64,000 nucleotides of DNA from Podarcis bocagei (lineage: Eukaryota): the NCBI GenBank assembly GCA_964188305.1, contig OZ076893.1. One strand, 5' to 3'. Made by a program: the position numbers and the translations under genes. The notes beneath the pieces are model-generated. The model was given only the letters and a program-made list of their open reading frames with translations. It did not search any database and was not told the DNA's origin. How positions within the stretch are numbered: position 1 is the stretch's first letter; each line of letters begins with the position of its first letter. This document shows, one piece after another, positions 48,363-62,324 of the stretch.

Positions 48363-50639
48363 ACAATGGGTGTCCTGTATGTGCAGCACAAACATTCCCC
48401 GCCGCAGCTTGCTGGCAGCATATCAAGTTTTCGATTTCTCATCCTGTTATTTCGAAGTTATATTGTCTAAGCCCAAGTCTTCACTGCTATGCCTCTGCTT
48501 GCGGCAGCTTTTCCCAACTCCATTCATATTTGATTAACAGTTGTGCATAAGGGGATCACATCTTAAAATGGGCCAACTGAGAACTGTGGCCTTCCTTAAA
48601 CCCTACGCCTAATGCACATTGATGCATTGTGTGTGCCTTATTTAGTATAGGAGGCACTTGTATCACAGACCATTAGCAATATTGGTGAAGATGAAGCAGG
48701 TCTTATTAACTGCACACCTCTTCATCTTTTGCATGCTCTTAATAAAAATGTAGAGGGCTCTTTTTTTATTATCAGGCAGCTTTGCTTCAAGTGCGAATAT
48801 TTGTGAGGTCCATTTTGTTCTGGACCTTTATTTTCATAGGATACTTCGGGGTGGGCGTGAGGAGGTGGTTTTGTTCTTAAAGAGGTATTAGCAACCACCA
48901 AAACCAGCTTCTATCAAAGGAGATCCTACCGTATAACCTCATGTGCATTTGATAAACAAACACAGTTGTAGTACCAGTTTCTGGCATTCACACCAGCATA
49001 TAAATTTAAGATACTGGTAACCAAAGTGAAAATGAAGAGCCTTATTTAGTTATTGCAGCGCAGAAAAAGTGCAGTGATTTCTACAACACACAGAAAAATT
49101 TGGCCTTGCAAAGAATGCAGTGCACAAGCAGAAGTATGAATGATGTTCGGTCTACAGTGTATTATTCTTTGACATTACATGCAAAAAAAAGTAGTCACAG
49201 AATTTTGACTTGGCAACCTGTAAGTGACATTTATGTATGAATGGATATCGATTCATGTATTATTGGATTTAAAATAAAAATGAAATTGTTTTGTGTTCTG
49301 ATTGTACTGCTACTGAATTAATTAAACAGCAGCTCAGGGCGAGATTTATTCTGACCCCGTAGCTCCAACGTCACCAGTCTCTTCCCCGCTTAAGACACTG
49401 GTTGCCAACAACATGTGTAAACAGTCAGTCAACTAATTTCCGCATGAGTACAGGTGAAGTCCTCTCTCTGGGTGTGGCATTTGCCAATCCATTCAGTTTA
49501 AGCTGACTGTGCTACGACTGCCAACAATACTTTGCTTATGCTGCCTCTTCCCTAGCACGTAAGCAATTTCATATGACCTTTGAGATGCACCCACTTGCGG
49601 AAAAATGAGACAAGTGAAGCACTGCAGAAACATTTCAGCAGTCTGCTTATCAGGGACAATCTCTGTACCTGGTACTTGTCGCTGGCAAATTGTTCTTCAA
49701 TGTGACTCTGTTTTCGTCTCCTGGGAAAGTTTAGTGGGGTGCCTCCCCCACAAAAAATGTGCTAGCACGAATTGGATCTGTGTAAAAGCACACAAACAAC
49801 GTCGGTGCATTCTTCCAAAACAAGTGCAGCTGAATGGGTTTTGAGTTGAGGCTATGCCTCTACCGTACCCATTTCTGTCGTAGAATATACTAATCAATCT
49901 TTGTCTTAAGGGTGCTTTTTTATTTTTCTAAGTTAGTAACGTTGCCCTGCTTTGGAAGCTGTGCTGAAAGAGCTGTGTAACACACTGGAAGAAAGAATTT
50001 CATTGCACTGTTCAATTCAGTATTGTGAGCACGCTTTATTTCACCCAATACATTTAGGCGCATTATCGCAGCTTTCGTATTGTGACTACAGCTTGAAACT
50101 AAAAAGGAACAATGGTCCAATGAGGCCATTAATTGTTTTCCTTTTATTTTTTTTTGCAAGTGAGTGGGGAAGAGATGTTGCTCAAAGTGAAAAAGGAGTT
50201 CTAAAAAAGTCCACAGTAATTGAGAGTGAACGATGTAACATAATGAGCCTCACTTATGTTACTTCTACGAAGCCTCATTTTCAATTATCATCAGGCTGAC
50301 AGATGACCAGGCTGATCAGTGTGTTTGTTCCATTGGTGATGCCTTGCCAGTCAAAGGCTTACTACTACCTGAAAACTAGATGACCAGCCCTTCCTCCTTG
50401 CTGAAGGTGTCAAGTTAGGCAACAGCCCACTTTAACCTACCTGTAATTCTATTCCCTGTTGTGGCTGTGAGTGGGAAAATGCCCTGTATACTGCATAGTA
50501 AGTGGAGGAATTTGGAGTCAGTGCATTCCACCAGTAATCAGCAAAACCTGAGTTGTACTTTTCCCCTTCTGTGTCTGGATTTCTGTTCCTGAAAAACACT
50601 GGCTGTATTTACCTGGTAAACCCTTGGCACTGACCTGTG

Positions 50640-50951
50640 CAGGGCCGGATTTAGGTTTGATGAGGCCCTAAGCTACTGAAGGTAAGGGGGCCGTTTATAT
50701 GTCCAGCTGTCATTTTGTCGTCAACAAATTGTCGCTGTTTTTATGTGTTGAATATATGCTATATGGTAATTTATGGACCCATTACTTACATCATAGGAGC
50801 CTACACAACACAACACTTGCTGTATGTACCGGTAGGTTTTATTTTATTTGTTTTTTATATTTTGGAAATGTACATCCAGATTTGGGGGGGGGGGCAAGAG
50901 AGTGGGGCCCTAAACTATAACTTGCTTAGTTTATAGGTTAATCTGGCACTG
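50640..50951. mobile_element. hAT-like MITE (related fragments at ~23133-23450 and ~33677-33990)
   Basis: CAGGGCCGGATT ... AATCTGGCACTG; perfect 8-bp TSD GACCTGTG. Confidence 0.8.
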
Positions 50952-51042
50952 GACCTGTGTCACAGTGTTTTACACAATTGTCATAGTTAATGGCGGAAAT
51001 TGATTCTGAACGTGATTGTGCAAACTATGGTATGTCTTGATT

Positions 51043-51165
51043 TAAGGTTACCAGATTTTTTTCAATGAATCTGGGGACCCTTTTCAACTTAAATGGATTT
51101 TGTCAGCGGACTGATTTGTAAATCTGGCGACTGTCCCCGGGAAACGGGGATGTCTGGTAACCTTA
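51043..51165. mobile_element. hAT-like MITE (same family as 5019)
   Basis: TIR TAAGGTTACCAG; TSD TCTTGATT / TCTTAATT. Confidence 0.8.
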
Positions 51166-52239
51166 TCTTAATTTACCATGTTGTCAGACAATCCTAACAA
51201 TCTCTGACAAAAAGTTTAAAAATGACGCGCTGTTTCTCACAAGGTGTGCCCACCGATTATATTCTTCAAAAGTCTTCCTCGTACAGGGTGGCATGGCTTC
51301 TGTTCCAAATAATCTCCTGGTATCAAAAGCAAAATGTAAAGTAACACCAACTTTTAAGCCTTGCAATAGTACACATACAAACCCCTGCACCCGCAATTAA
51401 CACATCTCTTCAGTTCCAGCACTTTTCTCCTAATTCCTGCAGGCAATTTAGAGTGTCTGATGAGTAGGGCTGCCATATTTCAAAAAGTAAAAACCAGGAC
51501 ATCCCAAAGGTTTTTGAGCTTTTTTGGACATGCCCCAAAGTTACTGAACTTTTTTATGTTTACAAAAACACCAAAAAACACACGATCTTGACTTGCCTAA
51601 GATCCAAGACAAAACACCATTCAGAAATCCACCCCCGCAATCAATTCTGCCTTTGGTGAAGCTTTTGGGAAACAAAATAATTTTAATTTTGCCTTCTGGA
51701 AATGTCCGGTATTGATATAGAAGAATAACTTATCATACTAATAATATGTAATATAACTGCAAGGATTTGGCCATCATTTGTAATGGTTTCCATGCCATTT
51801 TACACATATTTTCCTTACCGAGCAAAACTAAATTCATAGAATCGTAGTTTGAAGGGATCCCCACAAGGCTCATCAAGCGCAACCCTCTGCAATACAGGAA
51901 TAAATCACATTAATTTAACCAAAAAGGGTCTTCCGAATTCCCAAGGCACAGTCGCAGCCTTTGACCGCCCCTCATTTTGGGGACCTGGAAGTTGGAAAAA
52001 AAATCGGCACGCCCATGCGACCAGGTAAATCTTTATTTGCGTCAGCCATCGGTCGTAGCAATAAAACAACAATACGATATACAAAGACTAGAAATAAAAA
52101 GTCAATTATATAAAATAATTTTTTTGGGTTTTGAAACCATAGTCAAATAGTGGATCTTATTCTGATTGCCCCAGCTAAAAACCTTGCAACCTTTGCTGTC
52201 ACCTGCTCATCTTGGATCAAGAGAAAGGTTCTTTCTGGT

Positions 52240-52990
52240 CTCCCGCACCGTCGCACCTGTCAAACGCCCTCCGGGTTCCCTCCGTCGAAGGGCGGCGCCT
52301 AAGGCGTTGCTCCGCTTTCAGTCTCCCCTGGCAGCTTTAGACCCGCCCGGGGCGCTTCCCTCCGCCCTGCCTTCCAGCCTCTTTCAGTAGAGCGGGGTTC
52401 CCTCGACGGTGACTGAGGCTCCCGGGAAACTTGGCTCTTGGTCTTGCCGCCCACCAGGTAAGAAAAAGCACAATTTCTGGCCCAGTCGTGGCAGGAGGAG
52501 AAGGGAGCGCAGCGTCTTTGCCTCGAGGGGCGCGGCGCGCTCCGAAGGGCGCACAGCCTGGACGGCTGCCACATTTCGCCCCCTCTCGGCGCTGCAAGAC
52601 GGGAAAGCTGCACTTCGAAATCTCTTGCAGAAGAAAAGCAGGGATGCATTGGGCGGAGCTGCTGACATCCGATCCTTGGGGGCTTGGGATTTCTCAAGAA
52701 AGGGATGGAGGGAGGAGGAACAGAAACGACACGCTCGTCGGCAGGGTGAAGTTGCGCTTTGGGGCAGAGGGATGTTTCGTCGAATGGTGGAATTGGAAGG
52801 GGATTCCCCTAGGGCAGGAATGTCCAGTAGGCCAATCGCGATCTACTGGTCGCGATAGATCGTGGGCTCCTTTTCCTAGCGCTTGCAAAAGAGCATCCTG
52901 CCGTGCGCGCCCCCCCCCCCCGTCGTCCATTCGCGCATGATTCGCGCATGAACCTTATTGATCTTCCGCCGAGCGACCTTTTCCATTTCC
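52240..52990 (+). promoter_or_regulatory. CpG-island promoter and non-coding exon 1 of SERPINB1
   Basis: CpG-rich with GC boxes; strong donor CAG|GTAAGA at 52457/52458; ~2 kb upstream of the ATG exon. Confidence 0.7.
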
Positions 52991-53365
52991 TGCCTAAAAT
53001 CAGGTCAACAAAAACGGGGCTTTCCTCCCTAAAAGCGCAACAATTTTGATCTGAACCCGCCAAAAGGGGGTAAATCACTGACAGTTTTTAATTCTGTGAG
53101 TAGATCGCAGTCTCTTGAGAGTTGGACGCCTCTGCCCTGGGGTCATCCAACCCCAGGAACATGGGCGACTGCGTTATCCTGAGTCATCAAACTCAGTACT
53201 GCAGCCCTTGGGCGTAGCCAGGATTTATTTATTAGTGGGGGGAGAGAGAGACACGTAGCCAGGATTTATGTTTGGAGGAGGGTTAGGACACCCACCAGCG
53301 ATCACCCTCAGTCTGGCTCTGTCTAGCAGGTTCGGAATGAAATGTCTCAACAACAGTTGTTTATG

Positions 53366-53366
<1 letters not shown>

Positions 53367-53458
<92 letters not shown>

Positions 53459-53490
53459 ACCCTGCCCATCTGGCTGGGTTTCCCCAGTCA
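53367..53490 (-). repeat. (ATT)n microsatellite, the tail of an L2 3' fragment
   Basis: Long ATT run followed by ACCCTGCCCATCTGGCTGGG. Confidence 0.85.
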
Positions 53491-54518
53491 CTCAAATTAC
53501 CTTCTTTTGACCCCAAGTGCTGGGGTGGGCGTGGAATCTGTCAAAATCTTTCCATGCTTTCTACTTTTAGTTAAGTATTTTTATTTATTTACTTGATTTA
53601 GGGGATGGGGCAAATGCTCCCCCTGGCTATGCCCATTCTGCAGGCTACACTACCTGGTAGTGGATCTGAACTGGAGGCTTTCATACGGCCTGAATATACT
53701 AGTGATTAAACCTGCAGGCAGAGATGTATTATTATTAATAATAATTTTATTATTTCTACCCTGCCCATCTGGCTTTCCCCAGCCACTCTGGCGGTTTATA
53801 GCACATAGTAAATCATCAAATATTAAAAATGTTTTTAAGATCCTGCATGCCGCAGATTTTATGGAGAAGAGCTCCTGCTGTTGATATCTTTTCCCCATCA
53901 TACAGCTGTTTAAAAACTGTCAGGGAAAGAGCTGGGAAGCTCAGGTTTCTGTGTTTGGCAGAGGGAGGAGTCCAGAGTTTAACCACTTTAACAGAAAACC
54001 AGCAGGTGGAGTTTTTCCTCTGGGCATGAATGAGACAAACAGAACTTCCTTCTTCTCTGGCTGCCAGGCTGATAATAAAATCCTAGAACCATAGAGTTGG
54101 AAGGGAGCCTGCAAGGCAGCTTCCTCTCCTAAATTGCTGCTCACCTGTGATGTCCGTGTGCCTGGAAGGTGCATTTAGAGGCGACTCAAGACAGGTTGCT
54201 GAGCTTCCCAAAGCTCAGTCATGTGGATCTAGCACTTGGTGGTTGCAGGGAGATTTTAGAAAGTTTATTAACTTGAAGAGAATTTGGGGAAAGAGCCCTT
54301 TTTGCACATACCAGGCTGCTGCCCCACGGCACTATCACAAAAAGGATGTGGACAGAGGCAGAGAGAGAGACCATAACTATATTTGTTATTTTGTGACACG
54401 TCTGCCGAAGTCAGCTTCCTGTTTTCCTGACTGCGTATAGATTGTGTGTGTGTGTGTTGGTCAAAAGTAATAAGTGACATGGGTTTTTCTTTCCTTTTCA
54501 TGCTTTTCAGATTCCACC

Positions 54519-57500
54519 ATGGAGAAGCTGGCTAACGCAAACACACATTTTGCCCTTGATCTCTTCCAAAAGTTCAGTGAAGCCAACAAAACAGGCAACA
54601 TCTTTTTTTCGCCGCTTAGCGTATCTGCTGCAATCGCCATGGTTTCCTTGGGGGCTAAAGGGAACACAGCCGCACAACTCTCAAAGGTCAGCAAAAATCT
54701 TTTCAGTTTCATCTTGATTTCTGGTTATTTTTCTAAGGTGGTTCAACTTTCACCATTCAAAGAACTTTACATTTAATATCCCACAAAGTAGGAGCAGTTT
54801 TGTTGCGATTTAATTATGCATCAGAATATATTCTGAATGTTTCTGTTTATAGTCCCATGATTTCATTGCAGTGGTGTTTCCCCCCCATCATGACAGTAAC
54901 ACAGCAGGGAAATAAAGCTAATTATTTTCCTTCCATTTCCTAAAACCTTTTACAGTAATTTATTAAAAATATTAAAATACTGTAATACATCAAACATTAA
55001 AAGCATCTGCCTTCAGATGTCTTCTAAAAGTCTGGTAGTTGTTGTTCTCTTTGACATCTGGTGGGAGGGTGTTCCACAGGGAGATTTATTTGATTGGTCC
55101 TAGTGATAAGGACTTCTCTTTTCCCTTGTGCAGACATTTCACTTTGATGTCGTGGAAGACCTTCACTCAAGGTTCCAGGCACTGAATACCGACATTAACA
55201 AGAGCGGAGCACCCTACACTTTGAAGCTTGCTAATAGGCTGTTTGGAGAAAAGACCTATGCTTTTTTGCAAGTAAGTTAATTGCTGGGATATAAATGAAA
55301 CTCTGCAAAATTAGCTGGCCGGGAGATTTTCTTTTTATTTCCCTAGATGTGGAACTGGGCGAGGCAGGGTTGTAATTCTTCATTTGGGAGAATTGGTATG
55401 CTATGAAACTGCTGCATCAGAACATTAAAAGCCACAAATGTCAAGCTCACAAATGAAGCGCTGCCTCATGTAGGTTGTGGGCATTTTCTTTTTGCCAGCT
55501 TTATTGTGTTTGACATTCCTGGATAAAGCTAAACATTCAAATTCGTTTACAACATCACATTCATTCGTGTTGAAACAACTTTTATAGAACGCTTTCGGAT
55601 TGTATCTTCTGTGTTAAGCAGAGTAGGTAGAACTTTTCCACAGGAACGTCCGCACAGAATGAGGAAAAACCCAAACTACTACTACTGCTCAGCGCCTGAG
55701 GGCCCCAGTCCTGCCACTCACCACCTGGCCCAGGGCAGGCATGACGGGCTCTATAAAGGACTACTGCTGCCACTGCTGCTGCTGGGCAGAAAGGGCTCCA
55801 TTTTGTTTTTGTTTTTTTGTTTAAATTGCTGTTATTTTTTACTTATGTCATTTTAAACTGATATTAATGCTGTATTCTTAGTTTCAGATTTTGATGGTAA
55901 TTGTTTCCCATTTGGTTGTGTATTTTCTTGATGCGGTTTATTTATTGTTTGTGACTTTTGTAATTATGTACATCTTGTCATGCTGTAAGCCGCCTTGAAC
56001 ATTGTTTTTTTAACTGTGGAAAGGCGGCATACAAATAAAAAAATGATGATTATGATGATTTATACTCCACCCATCTGGCTGGGTAAACCATCAAATGTTT
56101 AAAACTTCCCTAAACTGGGAATTGAGTGTTTTTACTAATTGGTGCATTATGAGATAACTGGCATTCTTTCAATAGATTGACGAACGATGCCAACAAAAGT
56201 AACTGTCACCCCCAGCCAGGAATGGGAAGACCAATTTATAGTCCGCAGATGGGTGATACCCCCCTCCCCCTTGTACATTGATATCTGTCTTCTGTGATTT
56301 CTCCAGGATTTCTTGGCTAGCACCCAGAAGATGTATGGAGCTGAGTTAGCCACAGTGGATTTTCTCAATGCTTCAGATGATGCACGAAAGCAAATTAACC
56401 AGTGGGTTGAGAATCATACAGAAGGTGAATGGTGCCTGGAAAACTCTCAACTTAGAGAATCATAGAATCATCAAGTTGAAAGGAACAACAGGGACCTGTA
56501 GATCACAACCCTGATCTAAGTGTCTCATGCTTTACTGACTGAACTACCTCAGTTTCTTTAAAAAATGATTAGGAAGGACTACCAGGGTTTCTTTCTTTCC
56601 TTCCTTCCTTCCTTCCTTCCTTCCTTCCTTCCTTCCTTCCTTCCTTTGTTTTGGCCCTACCTTGTCTCCAGTCAGATCTTGACTTAATAAGCCCAGGATA
56701 TGCATGAGTTTCAGGCATATTCACACGCTTGCTTAACAAAAGCAGCAAAACAAGCCACTGAGCCACAGTTATCCACAGCCTCCTGTCATGTCTGAACCAA
56801 TGTCTTGATTCTTACAGAGCTAATTTGTTCTGTAACTTCAATTTCCAGGTAAAATACGTGACTTGTTATCCGAAGGCTCACTGAATGAACTGACCAAACT
56901 TGTTTTGGTAAATGCCATCTACTTCAAAGGCAGCTGGGCCGAGAAATTTCAAGAGGAGGACACTGAGGAACTCCCTTTTAGACTCAGTAAGGTAAGAAAA
57001 GGCCTATATTCCATACATTCCACTGTCCTGTTATTAAAAAGGTAAAGGGACCCCTGACCATTAGGTCCAGTCATGACCGACTCTGGGGTTGTGGCGCTCA
57101 TCTCGCTTTATTGGCCGAGGGAGCCGGCGTACAGCTTCCGGGTCATGTGGCCAGCATGACTAAGCCGCTTCTGGCAAACCAGAGCAGCACACGGAAACGC
57201 CGTTTACCTTCCCGTCACAGCAGTACCTATTTATCTACTTGCACTTTGACGTACTTTCGAACTGCTGGGTTGGCAGGAGCAGGGACTGAGCAACGGGAGC
57301 TCACCCTGTCACGGGATTTGAACTACCGACCTTCCGATAGGCAAGCCCTGGGTTCAGTGGTTTAACCCACAGTGCCACCCGCGACCGTCTTATAAAGAGT
57401 TGTATCCAAAGTAGCGCTGAGTAGCACTTCCCATCAGTGCAAGGATTTCTGTTTTGTGCAGCAGGACTTCCCCACTTGTCCTCCCCTCCCATGTACCCCA

Positions 57501-59736
57501 TAAATTTGTTCTAGGGGTTTTGGAGCACATCTGGGGAGGGTATGGGGTGTGTGAGGAGAGGAGGGAAATCCTTACACTGAGAGAATGCTTTAGTCGGATG
57601 CTACCCAAAATTTAGGTTTAAGGGTGATAGTCAGCTTGCTAATACTTTTCTTTTAGCAGCTCTAAAACACGTAAAAGTTATTTGTACATGACTGGGAGTA
57701 AAAAACACCAAACATGGTAGGACACCTGTGGATTCAACCCAGTGTGTTCTCTGAATGGAAACTATTAAATTTGAACCAATATTTTCATTTTAAAATATTT
57801 TACTGAGCTTTTATTGGACTTCAGTTTCCATTGGCCAGCTTCAGTGCTTGAAGGGGAACAGCTGAAAAGAACAAATTTGGTTTTAGTAATTCGCTGGCTT
57901 GATTAACTTTGCCTTTAGATGACAAAATGCAATATTGAGTGTGCCATGAACTGATTACAGCGGTGTCCACATTTTTTTCAAAGAGGGCCAGATTAGATGA
58001 AGTGAAGGGCCGTGGGGGCCAACCAAAGTTGTTGACATTTTTTAGGATTGAAGTTGTTGAGGTTTTTTTAGGATTTTACCCCAGGAAATAAACTGCCACA
58101 GGGGCCGGATTAAACCGACCAGATTAGGCCCCCGAAACGGACTTTGGACATGCCTGGATTACAGTGTGAATGGTTGCATCCTTTGCACACTTAGCCCTAG
58201 GAGTAAGTCCCAATTGACCCAAATCTAGCTTTCTTCTGAGTAGGACCCTCAGCACAACTGTTAACATAGTTTTGGAAAGAACCTTTTTCTTTGCACGAAC
58301 TCTTAGGTGTCTAAACATACTCTTTTACCTGCAATATGTTTTTGCATGCTCATAGTTGTGCCTTTTTAAAAAACTACCCAGAAGGAAAAGAAGACGGTGA
58401 AGATGATGTTTCTGAAAAAGAAGCTTCCTTTCGGATATATCCCTGAGTGCAAATGCCGTGTGCTGGAACTTCCTTACAAGGGGGACAAACTTAGCATGAT
58501 AATCCTGTTGCCTGATGACATTGAGGATAACTCTACTGGCCTGGAACAGGTAATTCTGATTTCTCCCTTTCTTTCTCTATAATAATTTTTTCAAATGGCA
58601 CATTACCAATAATTTTTTTTTTTTTAAAAACGACAACCTGTAGTAGCAGTGCTCATGGTATATGCATGTGAAATTGAGATCAGAATTTTTGAACTATATT
58701 ATTACTATTATTGATTATTACAGCTGAGTCTTCATAGAACTGTAGAGTTGGAGGGGACCCTGGGGTCATCTAGTCCAACCCCCTTGAAATGCAGGAACAT
58801 GCAGATGTCCCAAACCTGCAACCTTGGCGTTATCAGCATGGCACTCTAACCAGCTGAGCTATCCAGTTGATTGTCGAAGGAGTATTCTTGGATAAGACAT
58901 GAAGCAGCCTTGCAGCAATCCTCTCTTTTGTAGGAACATTTTACTTTTCAGGATCAAAGGCTGTGTTTCTGAGAGGATGGAGAAGTATCGGAGTCTCTCC
59001 TCCCAGCCCCAGAGAAAAGCAAAGCAGAGCGCCTGGCTTCTTCAGCACGTGCTCTGAATTATCTGCAGATCGATTCATTTGCAGACTTGAAATCAAATAG
59101 GGACAAGTTGGACTTTGCTTCAAAATAAATGCCTTCAATATGTTGCTTTGACACAATTTTCCTACCGTTCCACAGTTTCTAAAGACTGAGTACACAGGAG
59201 TGGCTAAATGCTTTTGGGAGTATTTCCGTGTGGAATTTTATAAAACTCTCTGTGTGTCTTACACTTGCTAATGTCATTTTTTTCATACACGAATCCCCAT
59301 TAAAGCAGGAGCTGTTCTACAGACAAGGTTTCCTTTTATCGGACCAATGCAGCATTGAGTATCATATTATCAGATAGTGAGTCTCCAAGGTCTTGGGTAG
59401 CAAACCGTCTCTTTCAAGTCCTGGTACCATTCTGAGGTGGAGATAAACGAAGTTAAAGTTGGGATACCCTTCTTCAATATTTATTTCTCTGTTCTCCACA
59501 GACACTCCCTAGCTTTCCATTCTGACTTTCTATATAAGCACTGCTATTGTTGTTGTTGTTACTGTACATGAAGTAGATATATTTGAGCTGCGATTAGAAG
59601 ACATCTGAAGGCAGCCCTGTTTAGGGAAGCTTTTAATGTTTGATGCATTACTGTATTTTAATATTTTGTTGGAAGCTGGGGAGGCCCGGCCAGATGAGCC
59701 GGGTATAAATAAATTATTATTATTATTATTATTATT

Positions 59737-59789
<53 letters not shown>

Positions 59790-60542
59790 CAGGGGTTCAG
59801 GAGCAGAGGCAAGGGCAAGGGAGGAAACAGAGAGCGAGGGGGAGGAGGCAGAAGAAAAGATGAGTGATGACGACTACCCGAGATCTCCGAGTCTTTCCAG
59901 TGAATCAGAAGATTCACAGAAAGGAGCACCAGTGGCCAGGGCAAGGGGGGAGCCTAGGGGGACACCCCAGGAAGATAGAGCCAGAGGGGACTCAGAGGGG
60001 AGCAGTTGGAAATCGGGACCAGCGTCACCGCCAGAGAGTAGGGAAGAGGAAGGGCGCCAGGGATCAAGCGCTGGCAGCTCACAACAGGAGGGAGGGCACG
60101 AGTCAGGAGTGGCCACACCTCCATCGGGGAGCGAAGAAACGGTCAGACGGAAAGTGGAAGGTTGGGCGCGCGCGCCAAGTTCAAATGCACAGGAAAGTGA
60201 CGCAGTAGGCAGCCCGGAGAGGGAGCCAGGTCCTAAAGCCCGGCGCAAGGAGACAGGAGGGTCCGGGGGGTCGGCGTCAGAGGAATCCTGGAGGGAAGAG
60301 ACCCCGGGGGGCAGAGGGACCCAGAGGAGAACAGTCAGGCGGAAAAGGTGGAGCAGGGCTAGGATATTAAGTTGGTGCACAAGGGGCGGAGACTCAGACG
60401 GAGCTTCGCCGATCTAACCACAAGATGTAGAGTTGCACGCAGCAGCTTGAGAATGGAAACTGTAACTCAATAAAGACTTTTACTTAATGATCGCTGGCTA
60501 GCGTGATCCTCTGTGAGCTAGGATCGGGGAGCAGCTCTGACA

Positions 60543-60595
<53 letters not shown>

Positions 60596-61037
60596 ATTCA
60601 TCCTCTCTCTCTCTCTCTCTAAATTCTAGCTAGAGAAGCAGCTCACCTTAGGAAAGCTCCAAGAGTGGACACACCCAGGAAAAATGTACAGCGACTCTGA
60701 AGTTAGGGTGCATCTGCCGAAATTTAAGCTGGAGGAGACCTATGATCTTAAAACTCCCTTGGCAGGATTGGGAGTGCTGGATGTCTTTGACAGCGGAAAG
60801 GCAGATTTGTCTGGAATGTCAGGAGCCCGGGACCTCCATGTGTCCAAAATTGTTCACAAGTCATTTGTAGAAGTGAATGAAGAAGGAACAGAAGCAGCAG
60901 CAGCAACTGCTGGTATGATAATGCTATGTAGTTTGCCTATGGAAGAGGATTTCAACGCTGACCACCCCTTCCTATTTTTTATCCGCCACAACCCAACAAA
61001 AAGTATACTTTTCTTGGGCAGGTTTGCTTCTCCATGA
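54519..61037 (+). CDS. SERPINB1: Leukocyte elastase inhibitor, 380 aa
   Basis: Exons 54519-54686 (Kozak ccaccATGg), 55134-55271 ([30 protein letters not shown]1-like), 56307-56424, 56849-56991, 58382-58549, 60630-61037; RCL GMIMLC|SLPMEEDF with P1 Cys; AATAAA 61045-61050. Confidence 0.93.
56597..56644. repeat. (TTCC)n microsatellite
   Basis: Direct reading. Confidence 0.9.
57038..57387 (-). mobile_element. Sauria SINE, full length
   Basis: Reverse complement including AAAGGTAAAGGGACCCCTG tail and tRNA-like head. Confidence 0.88.
57958..58156. mobile_element. hAT-like MITE (fragment also at ~29485-29606)
   Basis: CAGCGGTGTCC ... GGACATGCCTG termini. Confidence 0.6.
59787..60542 (+). mobile_element. 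Solo LTR-like element inserted in an L2 (TTA/TTG)n tail
   Basis: TGTCAG...CTGACA ends, AATAAA at 60469-60474; flanked on both sides by the microsatellite tail of the L2 fragment starting ~59598. Confidence 0.7.
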
Positions 61038-61497
61038 AAAGTAAAATAAATGAATGAACCAAATGCCCTTAGATCTGCTCCTCAAAAAACACTCTTTGTT
61101 CCTTTGCTTTTTTGAGAGGGAGAGAAAGAAGAATCATTACTGGGCACCAGGTTTTTCAGAAACTGATTTATAAGAGAAGTTGCTTTTCTTGTATCCGTTT
61201 GCTGCGTGTCATTAGCAAGCTTTTGGTTTATTACATTGTGACACGCTACTTAAAATGAAGCCATTGTAGTAAAACTATGCAATATATATCTGATTTAATA
61301 GAGGTGTGGTTTTTTTTAAAAAAGGGATGTTGCTCCAAAGCTGGATATGAATTAATTTGGGTAATCTGTTCAATCTTTGTGTATCATGGTGTCCCTTGTC
61401 TTCCCCTGCAGCCTATCTTGCTCTTTGAATTTGTTTGTTATACTCAAACAAATTGAGTCTCATTTCACAAAGACACTGCTTTTACAGACATACTAAT

Positions 61498-61751
61498 CCA
61501 TGGGTAGGCAAACTAAGGCCCGGAGGCCGGATCCGCCCCAATCACCTTCTCAATCTGGCCCACAGACGGTCCAGGAATCAGCGTGTTTTTACATGAGTAG
61601 AATGTGTCCTTTGATTTAAAATGCATCTCTGGGTTATTTGTGGGGCATAGGAATTCGTTCAATTCCCCCCCCTCCAAAATATAGTCCGGCCCCCCACAAG
61701 GCCTGAGGGACAGTGGACCAGACCCTTGCTGAAAAAGTTTGCTGACCCCTG
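61498..61751. mobile_element. hAT-like MITE
   Basis: CCATGGGTAGGCAAACT ... AGTTTGCTGACCCCTG termini. Confidence 0.65.
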
Positions 61752-62082
61752 TTTGACATCCACAACATCCTGGGATCCAGCAACACAGTTCTAAAAGCAT
61801 ACACTTCGTTGGTCTATGAGGGGTAGATGAGACGAGGCTGCTTTACAATTTGCATCCCACTCGCCATCCAGATCCTGGATTTCAGCTTCCTACATAGCAA
61901 CCCAGTACAGTGCTTTGGACTGTACAACATTTATCCACATCATTGGTGCTAAGATTCCCACTGTTGATTCCCTCTTCCTCTCCCCCAACTATCTGCCAGA
62001 TTATTTTCTGATAGGTAATAGTTGCTGAAAGAGCCTGTCAAGAGCAAAAAATATAAAGTATTCTTGTATTCAGATCCATTTA

Positions 62083-62324
62083 CAGTGGTACCTCGGGTTA
62101 AGTACTTAATTCGTTCTGGAGGTCCGTTCTTAACCTGAAACTGTTCTTAACCTGAGGTACCACTTTAGCTAATAGGGCCTCCCATTGCCGCCGCGCCGCC
62201 GGAGCACGATTTCTGTTCTCATCCTGAAGCAAAGTTCTTAACCCGAGGTACTATTTCTGGGTTAGCAGAGTCTGTAACCTGAAGCATATGTAACCTGAAG
62301 CGTATGTAACCCAATGTACCGCTG
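62083..62324. mobile_element. Tc1/mariner (Tigger-like) MITE
   Basis: Near-identical to 21550-21791. Confidence 0.85.

Noticed and set aside
53225-53596. Poly-N/L/I ORFs (also 19844-20149, 59636-59863)
   Set aside because: Translations of trinucleotide microsatellites.
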